A stretch of 64,000 nt of DNA from Mantamonas sphyraenae STR306 (Eukaryota; Protista; CRuMs), in contig JAPMXV010000038.1 of assembly GCA_026936335.1 (NCBI GenBank), positions 186,001 through 250,000 of the forward strand. Direction: 5' to 3'. Below, one piece after another: positions 47,249 to 58,692 of this stretch. Both the position numbers and the translations under genes were made by a program. Under the pieces are notes generated by a model. It made no database searches, was not told the origin of the DNA, and saw nothing but the letters and a program-made list of their open reading frames with translations. Within the stretch, counting starts at the first letter, position 1, and every line of letters begins with the position of its first letter.

Positions 47249-48195
47249 TCAGAAGAACAGGGCAGAAGGAGCACCAGTGTATGCGTAGAGAGAGTCGAAT
47301 GCAGAAGGAAAGACCCACTTTGGCTGCTCGAATGTGTCTTGCTGCTGCTCCTGCTTTTCGTCTTTCGTCACAAAGACGGGTTCGGCAAGGTGGAGGAGTT
47401 GGGCAAGGACGACAGACTCGGAGAGATTGTCGCCCTCCGTGGTCATGGCAATGAGTTCAAGAAGGGGAACCTCCTGCACGGCGCACAACTCAAGGAGTTG
47501 GCGGGTGATGGTGCGCTGGCCAAGAATATGGCCGTACTCGAGGTCGTCGTCCATGAGCTCGGCCTCCATCTCGGCAATGCCAGCTGCAGAAAGAGTGGAG
47601 ACGTCATACTGGGCTGTGGCCACGTAGCGCAGTTGTTTGCCTCGGACATTGCCCAGGGTGAGGTTGTTCGTGATGGCCACGCTGGACAGGAGGACAATGC
47701 GGTCGATGCCCTTGTCGTGCACGAGAGCCATGATATCTTCGATAAACTCGTCGAGTTTTCCCTGTGGGGTGCGGGGTTTGGACGTGTGGTTGCAGTGAGC
47801 GGCAGGCGGAAGAGGGGGAGCCTGGGCAAGTCGGAATGGGCGGGGGGACAAGCAGCATGGAGAAGGCGAGCACATACAGCAGTGACAGGCGTGCGCTGCT
47901 GGAGGATGTACATGTCCAGAGGTTGGCTGTAGAACAGCTCGAGGGCTGTGGAGAGGGTGCTGGAGGACTGCTTGCTGGTGAGGAGGTTTGTGTAGGCGTT
48001 GTTGCCCACCATGGGTTGGACCCAGAGCGAGTCGACAGGGCCCTGCGCCTCGAGGGTGTCGTTTGCAGTCATGGTGGCGAGGAGGATATCCACGGCCAGC
48101 TGGCCGACGTTTCCTGTGGAGACGGCGGGGAGAACAAGGACGGGCATCCGGGGATCAAGCGGTTTGTGGTGGTTCTGATGGGGACATGCAAGCAT
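47249..48195 (-). CDS. PSMG2: Proteasome assembly chaperone 2 (2 exons)
   Basis: LVLPAVSTGNVGQLAVD, P.VGN, STALELF, LQQRTP, IVLLSS, EGDN. Confidence 0.88.
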
Positions 48196-48301
48196 TAACG
48201 GGAAACGAAGTACGGGAAACGCTTGATGATGACGTGAGCTGGTGCAAAGGTGGCTACGTGGGATGTGAAGCCCGCGGGAGGGCAAAACATCGCTACAGAG
48301 C

Positions 48302-51300
48302 ATGGCACACTCACAAGCAGATAAGCTGTCGGTGTGCATCAATCTACACTCGAACCATGAGGAGATCGAGTCACTGTTGAGGTCTCTGTTTCAGGCGTTG
48401 GAGTCGGAAACGGTGGAGGAGAAGGAGGTGCTGGAGGCGCTGAACTGGTGCGAGTGGATCATGTTTGGCAGCAACCCAGAAGAGGCCAAAAAGGAACACA
48501 AGCAGGTATGTTTGTCGCCGGGGCAAAGGGGGGCAGAGAGCGCGTCTGTGTGAGCGCAGGGCTGAAAGTGGGCTGGCGGTGCCAGATTCCGGCGAGGCGG
48601 CCGCTGACACATAGATGGGGTGCCGTGGGATGGCCGGGGTGCACACAGGCTGCAGAGGAGCGCATGACGTGCTGCACGGTGGTGTGGAAACAACTGCAGG
48701 TGGCGTACAGGTGCCTGACGTGCCAAAAGTCAAACAGCTCGTGCATCTGCATCGACTGCTTCAACGCAGGCGACCACAAGGGCCATGACTTTCGCATGTA
48801 CAAATCAGACTGTGGCGGATCGTGCGACTGTGGTGACGTGACGGCGTGGAAAGAGTCTGGGTAAGGGGGTGGGGGTGGAAGGCTTTTGTGAGCGTGTGTG
48901 TGTGTGTGAGAGAAGGCGAGAGTGCGGAGGAGGCGGCGTTTCCCCTCTGCCGCAGCTGCCGGATCATGCTCACACCATGCGTGCACACGCCGACACACTG
49001 GTAGGTTCTGCTCGAGACACGCAGGGCCGAATCTGGACAGTGACCCGGCAGAGTATCTGGACAGCACGACGCGTGGGGCGAGCTCGGAGGTGCTGGCGTT
49101 CACGCTGCGGTGGGCGGTCCAGGCGGCGGCAAAGTGCACGGTGTGGCACGAGCGGGCCAATCTCTACCCGTCGACTCTGGCAAAGACGGTACGCAGGGTT
49201 TTCCTGTGGATGGAGGAGATTGGGTACCTCTCGGACTCGTTCCGATCGCTGTTTGGCGAGGCGCTTCAGCAAGAGGCGGAGTTGATGCAGGCGCCGTATG
49301 CGGCTGAGTGCCTGAAACTGGAGGAAGAACTGCACGAGGAGGACATCCAAATTGCACTGTGGGACAACTACACACTGTTGCTTACGCTGCTGCCTCGCGA
49401 GCTGCTGGAAGAGGTGACGGCGTTGCTGTTGCAGTTGCTTTGTGATCTTCGCTTCAAACGCAAGTATGCGCATGTGTTCTTCCGGTGGTACTACGTGCTG
49501 AACCACGCCGTCATGCAGGGCAAGCGGCATCCTGAAACACGACGTGGCACATCTGCATCTGGCAGATGAGCTGGTTGAGTACTACGAAGCGCATCCGCAG
49601 CACGTGCCGCCCACAGACATCCGCTACGCCACGGACCGTATTACGTGCCAGATCCTGTCCATTTCAGACCTTGTGCTGACGCTGGTGCACGAGCACTATT
49701 TAATGGATCAGGTGCTGGGCGCGTGTGAAATGTTCTTTTCCCTGTCGACAATGTTGGTGAGTCTGGAAACAGGCGCACGAGTGGAAGAGGACGAAGGCGA
49801 CGACAATGAGGAAGAAGAACCGGCGGGGACGCTGCGGATCATCGACAGCGACCACACGCTGATTGAGAATCGGCTGTTTTCGCGAGCGGTGGACGACCTG
49901 GAACTGGTGATGGAGCATCCGCTGGTGGTGCACTATCTTCTGACGCAGCGTACAGACTTGCTGTTGCGGTGGCTGAGGGCGGTTTCGATGAGCCACCAGA
50001 TGAATGGGAATGTGAGGCGTCGGCCGTCGCAGGGCCATGTAGGCTACGACACAAACTCGTGGAACTGGGCGTTCTCGGTCGAGTTTGAGTCGATGATCTC
50101 TGTTGACCGCGTGATCAAAGGACTCAAGTGCATCCTGAGCGGATCGGTGGACGACCTGACGCTGAGTGAGGAGGACGTTGGGCAGCTGCTGAACAAGACG
50201 CTTGATGTGGCGGTGCAGCATCTGCAGTACCTGGAGGAGCGTGCTGGCAAGCAGGTGCAGTTCATCGCGCAAGTGCGCAAGGGCTTTGGGTTGGGCGGCG
50301 GAAAGGCGAACCATGTCGAGTTGGCGTCACTGGAGCCAGACACGCTCCCGCGGGCCGTGAGTTTCCACCTGCCTCTGCATCGCGTGCTGGCGTCGCTTTT
50401 GTATCCATGCGCAAGTGCACAGCCGCAAGCGACCCTGGATGCGCTGCGGGAGCATCTCTCGACAAACGCAGCGTTGCTGGTGCTGGAGTATCCGCTGCGG
50501 CTGCACAGGACTTTGGCGGAGATTGCGGCAGGAATGTGGCGGCTGAACGGAACCGGGATCGAGAGGCAGTTTGTGTTGTACAATAGCGCTCTGTGCGTGG
50601 ACTATGCGAGGGACAACGACATGTTTGCTATGCAGGTGGCGGCGCTGCGGCTGGGGCACGCAACAACGCTTGCACAGGTCGTGGAGAGGTTCCAGCTTCT
50701 GACGTGGATGCGCACACGCATGGTGGGAAGCAAGACGGACGACGAGGAAGAAGATGAGGACTGGAAGCGGATCCGGGTGTCGATGATTGAGAACTGCCTG
50801 CGTTTCGTTGGCATGCTTGTGTTTGAGCGGGCGCGGATTGGGTTGAGCGAGTACCAAGAGGTACGGCGTGAACTTGTGCACGCGCTGGCGGCACGTGACA
50901 GCACACACTCGCAGCTGCTGGATGCGTGCTGCTCGCGCATTGCACAGTCGTTCCATTTTGATCAGGCGCTTGAAGACGTGGCAAGCACCAACGAGGCGGC
51001 GGTGGGGATGGACGGAAGCTACGGCCCTCGGCGATACCAGCTGAAGGCCGAGTGCTGGACAGAATTTGATCCCTTCTTTGCGCACTACTGGGAGCGAGAC
51101 CGTCAGCACGCGCAGGAGCGGTTTGAGGTTGCGCGGAAGCGATCCAAAGCGAAGCGCAGGCGTGGAGAGGACGTGGAGGGCGAAGCGGGTAGCTCGGAGG
51201 GTACGGGCGAGCTGCCGCCGTTCCGTGTGCCACATGCAGCGTTCGAGGCGTTTGCACCGATCACAGACATGTTGCACACGCCAGGGATGCACCGCATCTT

Positions 51301-54300
51301 TTATCTCACGCTGCATGCCGCGCTGTACGACAACCAGGTGTGGAGCGAAACGCAGCTGTACTATGTGTTGTACCTGATGAATGTGGCGCTGGAGCTGCCG
51401 CCGCACGAGAGCAGTGGCGAGGCGGAGAATGAGGCGGTAAATGGGTCCGAGGCAGGAGTATGCGCCTCGTTTGACAGGATTCCGCTGTACAGCAACTCGC
51501 TTGCAGAAAACATGTGCGCAGAGGTGGAATTTGCCAAGCGGGAGCTGGAGGAGGAAGATGCGAGCAACGAGGAGGAGGAGGAGGAGAAGGAGGTGGAGAC
51601 AGTGCGACATTCGATGGTGAGCATGTTGGTGAAGATGGTGGACCCGAAGAGTGCGTTGGAGCTGAGCGAAGAACAGAGAGATCTCGTGCAGGCGTTGCTG
51701 AACAGCCTGAAGAAAAAGAACGGGCGGGCGCGCAAGCTGATCAACAAGCTGACGGGGACCAAGAGCAAGAAGGAAAGCGAACGGGAAAAGAGGAAGCGCC
51801 TGGCGAAGCAGCGACAACAAGCGATGCTAGCCAAGTTCACGGCGATGCAAAACTCGTTCATGGACAGTGTGGGTGACGCAGACGGAGATGTGGGCAGCAG
51901 CAGCAAGGAGGAGGAGGAGGACGGGATGGAGGTGGCTGGGGTGCATGACGAGTCGTCGACATCCTCGTCGACGTCGTCATCGATGTCGTCGTCGTCGTTG
52001 TTGTCGCACAAGCGAAAGCACAGGCTGGTGAGCACGGATTCGGATCTGGGGGGCGAGGAGTCCGGGAGTGTGTCTGTTCACAGCCACGTGCTGCGTAGTC
52101 TGGATAGCATCCAGGAAGCAGTGTCTGTGACGGACCAGGAGTGTGCACTGTGTCGCGGAGAGGCTGAAGGGTCTGGGGTACTGTGCCTGGTGTCGTGGGT
52201 GCAGCAGTCGTCGCTGCTTGCGCAGGTGCATCGGAACACACGCGGTTTAGGATCTCGTTTGCTGCAACCTGTAACGGGGTTGGAGACAGAGAGCACTTCT
52301 GAGGCAGCAACAGGTGATCCCATGGATGTGCAAGAGACAGGAAACACGGGGGAGGCGAGGGCGGAGGAAGAGGAGGTGGAGGAGGTTGAGGAGGTTGAGG
52401 AGCAGGCAGAAAGCCAGGGAGAGAGCCTCAACTCGCCGTTGCGTACAATGTGGCTGTTAAGCAGGCAGAGGGACAACGACGCTCAGGAGGTGGGGGAAAC
52501 GCCTGTGCCGAACGGGAAGCCGACGGTGGACGTACTGTCGTGTGGGCACTACATCCACAACGTGTGCTACGAGCGGTACTACACGTCGTTGCTACGCCGG
52601 CGACTGCGAGGGCAAAGCTACGAAGGCGACAACTGCATTTCGCTCGAGTTTGGGCAGTTTCTGTGTCCTGTGTGCCGGCGACTGTCGAACGCCGTGATGC
52701 CTGTGCAGCAGGTGCGGCCCCGCACGCAGCTGTATGGTCATCCTCGGCAAGATGAGGAGGGGCAGATGAAGCCAGAGGAGCCAACAGGGCAAGAAGAAGA
52801 CGTGCAAAAGGGGCTGCGGATGTACAATGCGTGGGAGGCGTTGTTGAACAGGATCGGGTCGGAATGGTGGAGGCGGTGGCACTGGAGCGCGTTTGCTGAC
52901 GCAGACGTACACACGCCGCTGTTTCTCGCATCCACCAGCCTCGCTTCGTGCGTGGCACATCTGGAGGTGGCGTTGCGGGAGCGTCTGCAGGTGGATCCGG
53001 TGGCCGGCAACTGCAAGTCACTGGTTGAAGGTGGAACGACGAGCAGCAGTAGCAGCAGTGGTAGTAGGAGTAGTAGCAGCAGTGGCAGCAACAGCAGTAG
53101 CAGTAGCAGTAGCAGTAGCAGTAGCAGTAGCAGTAGCAGTAGCAGTAGCAGTAGCAGCAGCAGCAGCAGCAGTGATGAGAGTGGAAGTGAGATTGCTGTG
53201 CAGAGCGTGCTGCTGTGCTTGACGAACCACCAAGTGTCGATGCTGCTTGCAATGGCGCGCAACTGCCTGGCGTGGCCTGTGCAGGGGTCGAGGGCAGATC
53301 TGGTGGGTGGAACAAAGGAAACTCACGGCATTCTGGTGGAGGCGCTGCAGAGTGGAGGCGTTCTGCGGTTTGGGTCGCGCGTGCATTCCTTGCTGGGTAT
53401 CGATGCGTTGGAGCTTCTCGTGCGGTTGGTGGTGCTGCATCCGTCGCATGCAATGGCATACAGCGAGCTGACAGAGTATATCCGGCTGTGTTTCAGGCTG
53501 ACGGTGGTTCAGGCTGGAGTGTACATGGGTAGGCATGGCAAGGTGACACGGTCGCAAGTGGGCGAGTGGATGGAGGAGGTGAGGAACGCAGCGAGCTTGG
53601 GTGAGGTTGGGCAGGCGCTTGCTGGCATGCGTGCTGGGGAGGGCAGAGAGGAGCGGACGTCGGCAGAGGCGCAGCGAGAGATGGTCTCGCTGTGTCTGCC
53701 GTTTTTGAGGCGTGCAAGACTGTTGCTGTTTGCCATCCTTGCACTGCAGGGTGTTGAGGACACGGGCCTGTGGGAGCAGGTGGAAGCGGGGATGGATGTG
53801 GACCAGGCTACGTGTGCAGACGCTGCGGCACGTGAAATGGAGCAGTTGCAGCGTGAGATGAGCTTGGAGACGCCGCAGGGAGGGTACTTGGGAGAAGGAG
53901 CAGATGAGTTTGTGGCAAATGCCCTGATGGGTGCTTACGGGGCGTCGGACAGCGCAGGCGAATTGCAACCGAGCATTGAGCCTGCAGTGCGCCCGTCGCT
54001 GATCGAACTTCCAGAAACGTTTCAAGAACTGTTTCTGATGTACAACGAGCGACAGTGCGCACGGTGCAAACGGGTGCCGAAAGTGCCGGCGGTTTGTCTG
54101 GTGTGCGGAACGCTGTGCTGCCGCAACGAGACGTGCTGCAACGTGGGACCTCTGGATGAGTGCAACATGCATGCATTCAACTGTGGGTCGGGCAGAGGGC
54201 TGTTCCTGCTGATGCGCAGTTCGCAGGTGATCATGTTGCGGGACGACCGGCGCGCCATTTGGCCGTCCCCGTTTCTGGACTCGCATGGAGAGGACGACCC

Positions 54301-54448
54301 GGGCCTGCGACGTGGCAAGCCTTTGTACCTAGATCGCGGGCGGTACGAGCAGCTGAAGCTTATGTGGCTGCAGCAAAGTTTCGACCAGCATTCGCGTGTG
54401 CTCAGCGCAACGCACGTGGAAGAGCACCAGGCAGTGGCGAGGCAGTGA
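48302..54448 (+). CDS. UBR-box/RING E3 ubiquitin ligase (UBR1-3/PRT6 type), 3 exons; apparent +1 frameshift at 49518-49520
   Basis: UBR box AYRCLTC...CICIDCF..GDHKGHD...GGSCDCGD..AWK.SG|FC.RH; VSFHLPLHR; split RING CALC...SCGHYIHNVC...FLCPVCRRLSN; C-terminal CLVCG...SPFLDSHGEDDPGLRRGKPLYL. Introns 48506-48648 and 48861-49004. Confidence 0.93.
53042..53173 (+). repeat. (AGTAGC)n/(AGC)n coding microsatellite (poly-Ser in the UBR gene)
   Basis: Directly visible tandem repeat. Confidence 0.9.
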
Positions 54449-54512
54449 TGGAAGAAGTGAGCGATGGGGGTGGGAAAGAGGGTTGGAGCTGAGCAATGGA
54501 TCTGTGTTGGTT

Positions 54513-55592
54513 TCACTCGTCGTCGCAGGGCCAGATGCTCTCAAAAACGGGGCCAAGCTCGTCAATGATGTCTGTGGTGATGGTGGAGCGCTTGTTCTTG
54601 GCAAAAGCGGCCTTGGCCGACTGGCGGACGAGGTGGCATGCACCAAAGACGGCAAGCGGGAAGGAGGGTGAGACGGTTTCGCTGGCTTCGACAGATAAGG
54701 ACGGACTGCTGCTGGAGCTCTGGAGCTGGTCCTCGTGCCAGGTGGAGGATGAAGAGGACTGGTCACCATTGTTTGTGTGGGATGTCTTGGAGGTCAGGTC
54801 GCCATTCTGGACCTTGAGGAACCAGTTGGCAAAGACGGCGGTGGCGCCGCTGATGACGTCGCCCTGGCCGCCGCTACGGCTGCGGGAGCTGTTGTTGTCT
54901 GCACAGATGTAAACGGAGCGACCGTCGCTGACGAGGTCGTAGAACTTTTTGCGGACAATGGTGACGTTGCCGAGCTCGTTGCAGAGCTGCATGATGCGCT
55001 TGACGTCCTGCTGGAGGTGTTTGGCATCGGTGGAGCTGTTGAGCTCTTCCTCTTCCATACCGGTGGCCTTGAGGAGACGGCGGTACTCGTTGATGTTTGG
55101 GCAGAGGATGCACTTGTCCCAGCCGTGGATAAGCTCTGGTTTTGCGGTGACAAGACCGAGGCCATCGCCATCGATGACAACTGGCATGTCTGCGTCACGT
55201 GCCTTGATGAGGACCTGTTCTGCGACGGCGAGGACCTGTTCGTCACGGCCAAGACCCGGGCCGACGACGAGGGCATCGAGGCGGCCGAGGTTCTTTTCAA
55301 CGGCAGCGAGGCCATTTGTGTCGTCGGAACCGTCGGCGACGACGCCGTGAACGATGAGGTCGGGGGAGTAGGACTTGATTGCGGTGGCCGCACTCGGGGT
55401 GCAGAAGACGTGAACAAGGTCGGCGCCTGTGCGGAGGGCAGCCATGGCACTGTAGAACGGAGCCCCGGTGTACTCTTCGCAGCCTCCCACAATTCCAATC
55501 TTGCCCATTTGTCCCTTGTACAGCTCGTGGGACATCTGGGGCACGATGGAGGCACGGACGGTGTTGACAAGCTTGGCCGTGGTGGAGGACAT
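54513..55592 (-). CDS. NAXD: ATP-dependent (S)-NAD(P)H-hydrate dehydratase
   Basis: YKGQMGKIGIVGGCEEYTGAPFYSA..ALRTGADL, IKSYSPDLIVH, VVGPGLGR, VIDGDGL, PNINEY, RSGGQGDVISG. Confidence 0.93.
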   Translation of the reverse strand: MSSTTAKLVNTVRASIVPQMSHELYKGQMGKIGIVGGCEEYTGAPFYSAMAALRTGADLVHVFCTPSAATAIKSYSPDLIVHGVVADGSDDTNGLAAVEKNLGRLDALVVGPGLGRDEQVLAVAEQVLIKARDADMPVVIDGDGLGLVTAKPELIHGWDKCILCPNINEYRRLLKATGMEEEELNSSTDAKHLQQDVKRIMQLCNELGNVTIVRKKFYDLVSDGRSVYICADNNSSRSRSGGQGDVISGATAVFANWFLKVQNGDLTSKTSHTNNGDQSSSSSTWHEDQLQSSSSSPSLSVEASETVSPSFPLAVFGACHLVRQSAKAAFAKNKRSTITTDIIDELGPVFESIWPCDDE

Positions 55593-55677
55593 GGCGGTGA
55601 TGAAGGGTTTGGCCTGTTGTTTGTGTTGTTGTTTGTGTTGTGGCGCGTGTTTGGCCAAAACGAGGTGTTCTGGTGTC

Positions 55678-56536
55678 ATGGTGCGTGTGTGGTGCGGGAA
55701 GGGCCCCGGCGGGTGCAAACGGGAGGGTGGGGGAGAAGGATGAAGAGGGAGAGAGGGTTGTTGGCAAGTAGGAGGGAGGGAGGTTGCGCGGACGAGAGGG
55801 GGAGCTGACGCCTTTTTGGGGCTTGACTTTGCGACTTTAGTTGCGTTTTCTGTTGATGCTGGTGAGTGGAGAGAGATGGGACGGGTGCACATGCGCGGGG
55901 TTGGTCTATCGGGGCCGCTCGTGGCGAGACGGGCCGTGGGGAGGGCATGTTACGGAAAGACTGACAAGAGAGAGGTTGGCCGGGACGCAGAACAAGCAAG
56001 GGGTGACGCGACTGGCGAAGTGGTACTGTGCGTACGAGCTGGAGGAACGCAAGGAGATCGAAGCACAGATCTGCAAGGCTGTGCTGGAGCGCACAAAGAA
56101 GTTTACCAACTTTGTAGAAGTAAGGACGGGGAGACGAGGAAGGCTGGGTGCGCAGGAAATCCCTCTTGGCGTTGGGCTCAGGCGAAGGAGAAGTGTGTTG
56201 GCGTGGAGGGAAGGGAGACACTGACATAGAGTGGGGGGCAATGGCGCATGGATGTAGTATGATAGCTTTACGATTGTGTTTCGCAAGTACGGGTCTGTGT
56301 ACTTTGCCGGAGCGATCGACTCGGACGACAACGAGCTGGCGTACCTGGAGAGCCTGCACGCATTTACAGACGTGCTGGACTTGTACTTTGGCAACCAGAC
56401 AAGCGAGCTGGATCTGCTGTTCAACTACTTTTCCGTGTACGCGCTGTTGGACGAGTTTTACCTGGCTGGGGAGATTATGGAGACGAACGCCGAAACGATT
56501 GTGAAACGGATGACAAGCAACGACGCGCTGCATTAA
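55678..56536 (+). CDS. Second, divergent AP-2 sigma-like subunit (4 exons)
   Basis: M|LRFLLML|NKQGVTRLAKWY...KFTNFVE|YDSFTIVFRKYGSVYF...DNELAYLESLH...ELDLLFNY...GEIMET. All introns are phase 0. Confidence 0.8.
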
Positions 56537-56667
56537 GGACATGTGTGAGGGAGCCGGGGAATACCTGCGGGGGGTTGGGGGGAAGTGGGGAGTGGGAGAA
56601 CCGCGGGTGTTTGAGCAAGGCAACTAATTGATTGAGTTTTGGGGAGTAGAGTAGTGGATTTAGGGAG

Positions 56668-57229
56668 ATGGTATGTTGTTGTGGGAAGGGAAAGGGGTTT
56701 GGAGGAGGATGGGTGGGCAGTGGGCGCGGCGAATGGCTTTTCGGCGAGCTAGCGGGGCTGCTGCGAGGTCAGAAGGGATTGAGAAGGACTGACCAGGTCG
56801 CAAACTCGTCATGGGGTGGACACATGCGGACGGGAACATGGCTGTGTTGTGTGGGCGTGGCGTGGGGCAGGGGGCAAACTCGGACCGGCTACGAGGGACG
56901 GTGTTGCTTGCGGTGTCGGCGGCCGTGTTTGTGTATTATTCGTTCTGGGTGCTGGTGATGGTAAGAAGAGAGAGAGAGGTGGTGGGTGGTGCGCGGTGTG
57001 GCAGGCAGGGGCTGACGTGAGCTTTCGCGGCTGGTGCGTGGCCGCTTTTGCGCAGCCGTACGTGGATCAAGACCAGTCGTTGCACAATTTCTTCCCAGAC
57101 AGGCACCTGGCCATCCTGTTGCCGACTGTGCTGGGCTTGTTGCTGATCACAGTGATTTCCACGTTCCTTTCGGTGGTGATGATACATTCGCGGACGAGTG
57201 GCGCTGGTAGTGCATACGGGATCAGGTGA
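56668..57229 (+). CDS. DPM2: Dolichol-phosphate mannosyltransferase regulatory subunit (3 exons)
   Basis: M|GANSDRLRGTVLLAVSAAVFVYYSFWVLVM|PYVDQDQSLHNFFPDRHLAILLP. Confidence 0.85.
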
Positions 57230-57469
57230 AGGACACGTGATGATGTATGGAATGTATGGAATGCTAAAGGGACACGGGCGTGGGAAGAGAGGAGAGGAGC
57301 ATGGCGGTTTGCACAGGGAGGATCGCTTCAAGGGGCGAAATGAACACAGGTTGCAAGAAGCGCGTGTGTGTGTACATAGAGAAATGGGGTTTTGAGTTCG
57401 GTTGCCAAATGTGGCGTGGGGTTTCCATTGGGGATGTGATCGCACAGCTCCGGGAAGAACCGCAACAAT

Positions 57470-58626
57470 TTAGCGGTAGCGGCGCATCTGGACTCGCTGG
57501 CGGCGCTTCCAGTTGGCAGAGATGGAGGGACCGTTCTTGTGGAAGCGGTGACCCTTGCCACGCAGACCACGGGACTTGACACCGGCGCTGGTAAGACCAC
57601 GGGCCTCACGACGCTTATGCTTGGCAGAGACGATCCAGTTGATGCGCGGGTCGCGGCGGATAGCCTTGTGCTGGGGGTCGACAAGGATGACCTCGAACCA
57701 CTTGAAGGTGGAGTCCTGGTTGACCCAGTAGGAGTTGAGGACACGCAGGTTGCCACAGGCACGGCCGATCTTCTGCTCGGCGCGCACACGCAGGGACTGG
57801 GCCTGCTTCAGGTGGTTGATACCCTGGTGCTTGGGCTTGCCATGGACAATACCACGGTGGTTGGGGCGCTTGCGACCACCACGGCGCACGCGGATGCGGT
57901 ACACCACGTAGCCCTGCTTGGCCTTGTAGCCGAGGCGGCGGGCCTTGTCCGGGCGAGTCGGGTGCTGCACGCGCGTCATGTTCTTCTCCTGGCGGTACTG
58001 CCAGGCACGCACACGCGTCAGGAATCGCAGCACATCGCTCTGCTTGCGCTTCTGCAGCTCAGCAAGATACTTGTAGGCTCCTGTGGTGGCGAAGAGTGCG
58101 TTCAGGGTCAGCATTTGTGCAGAGCTTGTTTTTTCGGCTCGCATGCGCACGAGCCACGAAACACAAAAACGCCCTGCTTCGGCTCAAGGACAGACTGCAC
58201 ACGGCCAACATGCATGGCTGTGGTATGTACAGTCCACCGGACGTCGCTTGAACCCATGGATGACATTGGATGACCACATGTTTGGCCAGTGGCGGGAACG
58301 GCGTGCTGCACATGCGTGCTTCCCGCGTCCCGACCCCTCGCCATGCACCGTGGTCCTCTGCACTGTGTTGCACGTGCGCACCAGCTGCACACACGACCCA
58401 CACGTCGGTTTGTGGCCGTCCGGTTTGTCGTGTGTGCTTCTACGTGCGCCCGGCGTCTGGTTTCTCCATGCACAAATTTCGCCTTTCGGCCTCGAGAGGA
58501 CTTTTTCGACTGGCGACAGGATTCGGGTGCACTGCACACCACACTGTGTCGTGCGTCTCCTCTGCAGGTGGGCTTGGCCATGCGCAGCCATGCATGTGCA
58601 TACGTTTCGTCTCTCAACATACCCAT
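57470..58626 (-). CDS. RPL15: 60S ribosomal protein L15 (eL15); ATGG|542-nt intron 58081-58622
   Basis: MGAYKY...[16 protein letters not shown]...[17 protein letters not shown]...LRVLNSYWV...[12 protein letters not shown]. Confidence 0.97.
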
Positions 58627-58692
58627 GGTTTTTGGTTTGGCTGGCTGTGACGGGGCGGCGCGACAACACGTCTATTGGCAGGTCGACACAGC

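Noticed and set aside
1146-56536. Functional gene cluster (AP subunits, proteasome factors, RNA-decay proteins in one window)
   Set aside because: The genes are interspersed with unrelated housekeeping genes; chance co-occurrence in a compact genome is sufficient.
58471-58500. Hammerhead-like GAGGCCGAAAGGCGAAA on the - strand in the RPL15 intron
   Set aside because: The CUGANGA core is missing (reads CUCUCGA) and no stems I or III were found; only a GNRA hairpin remains.
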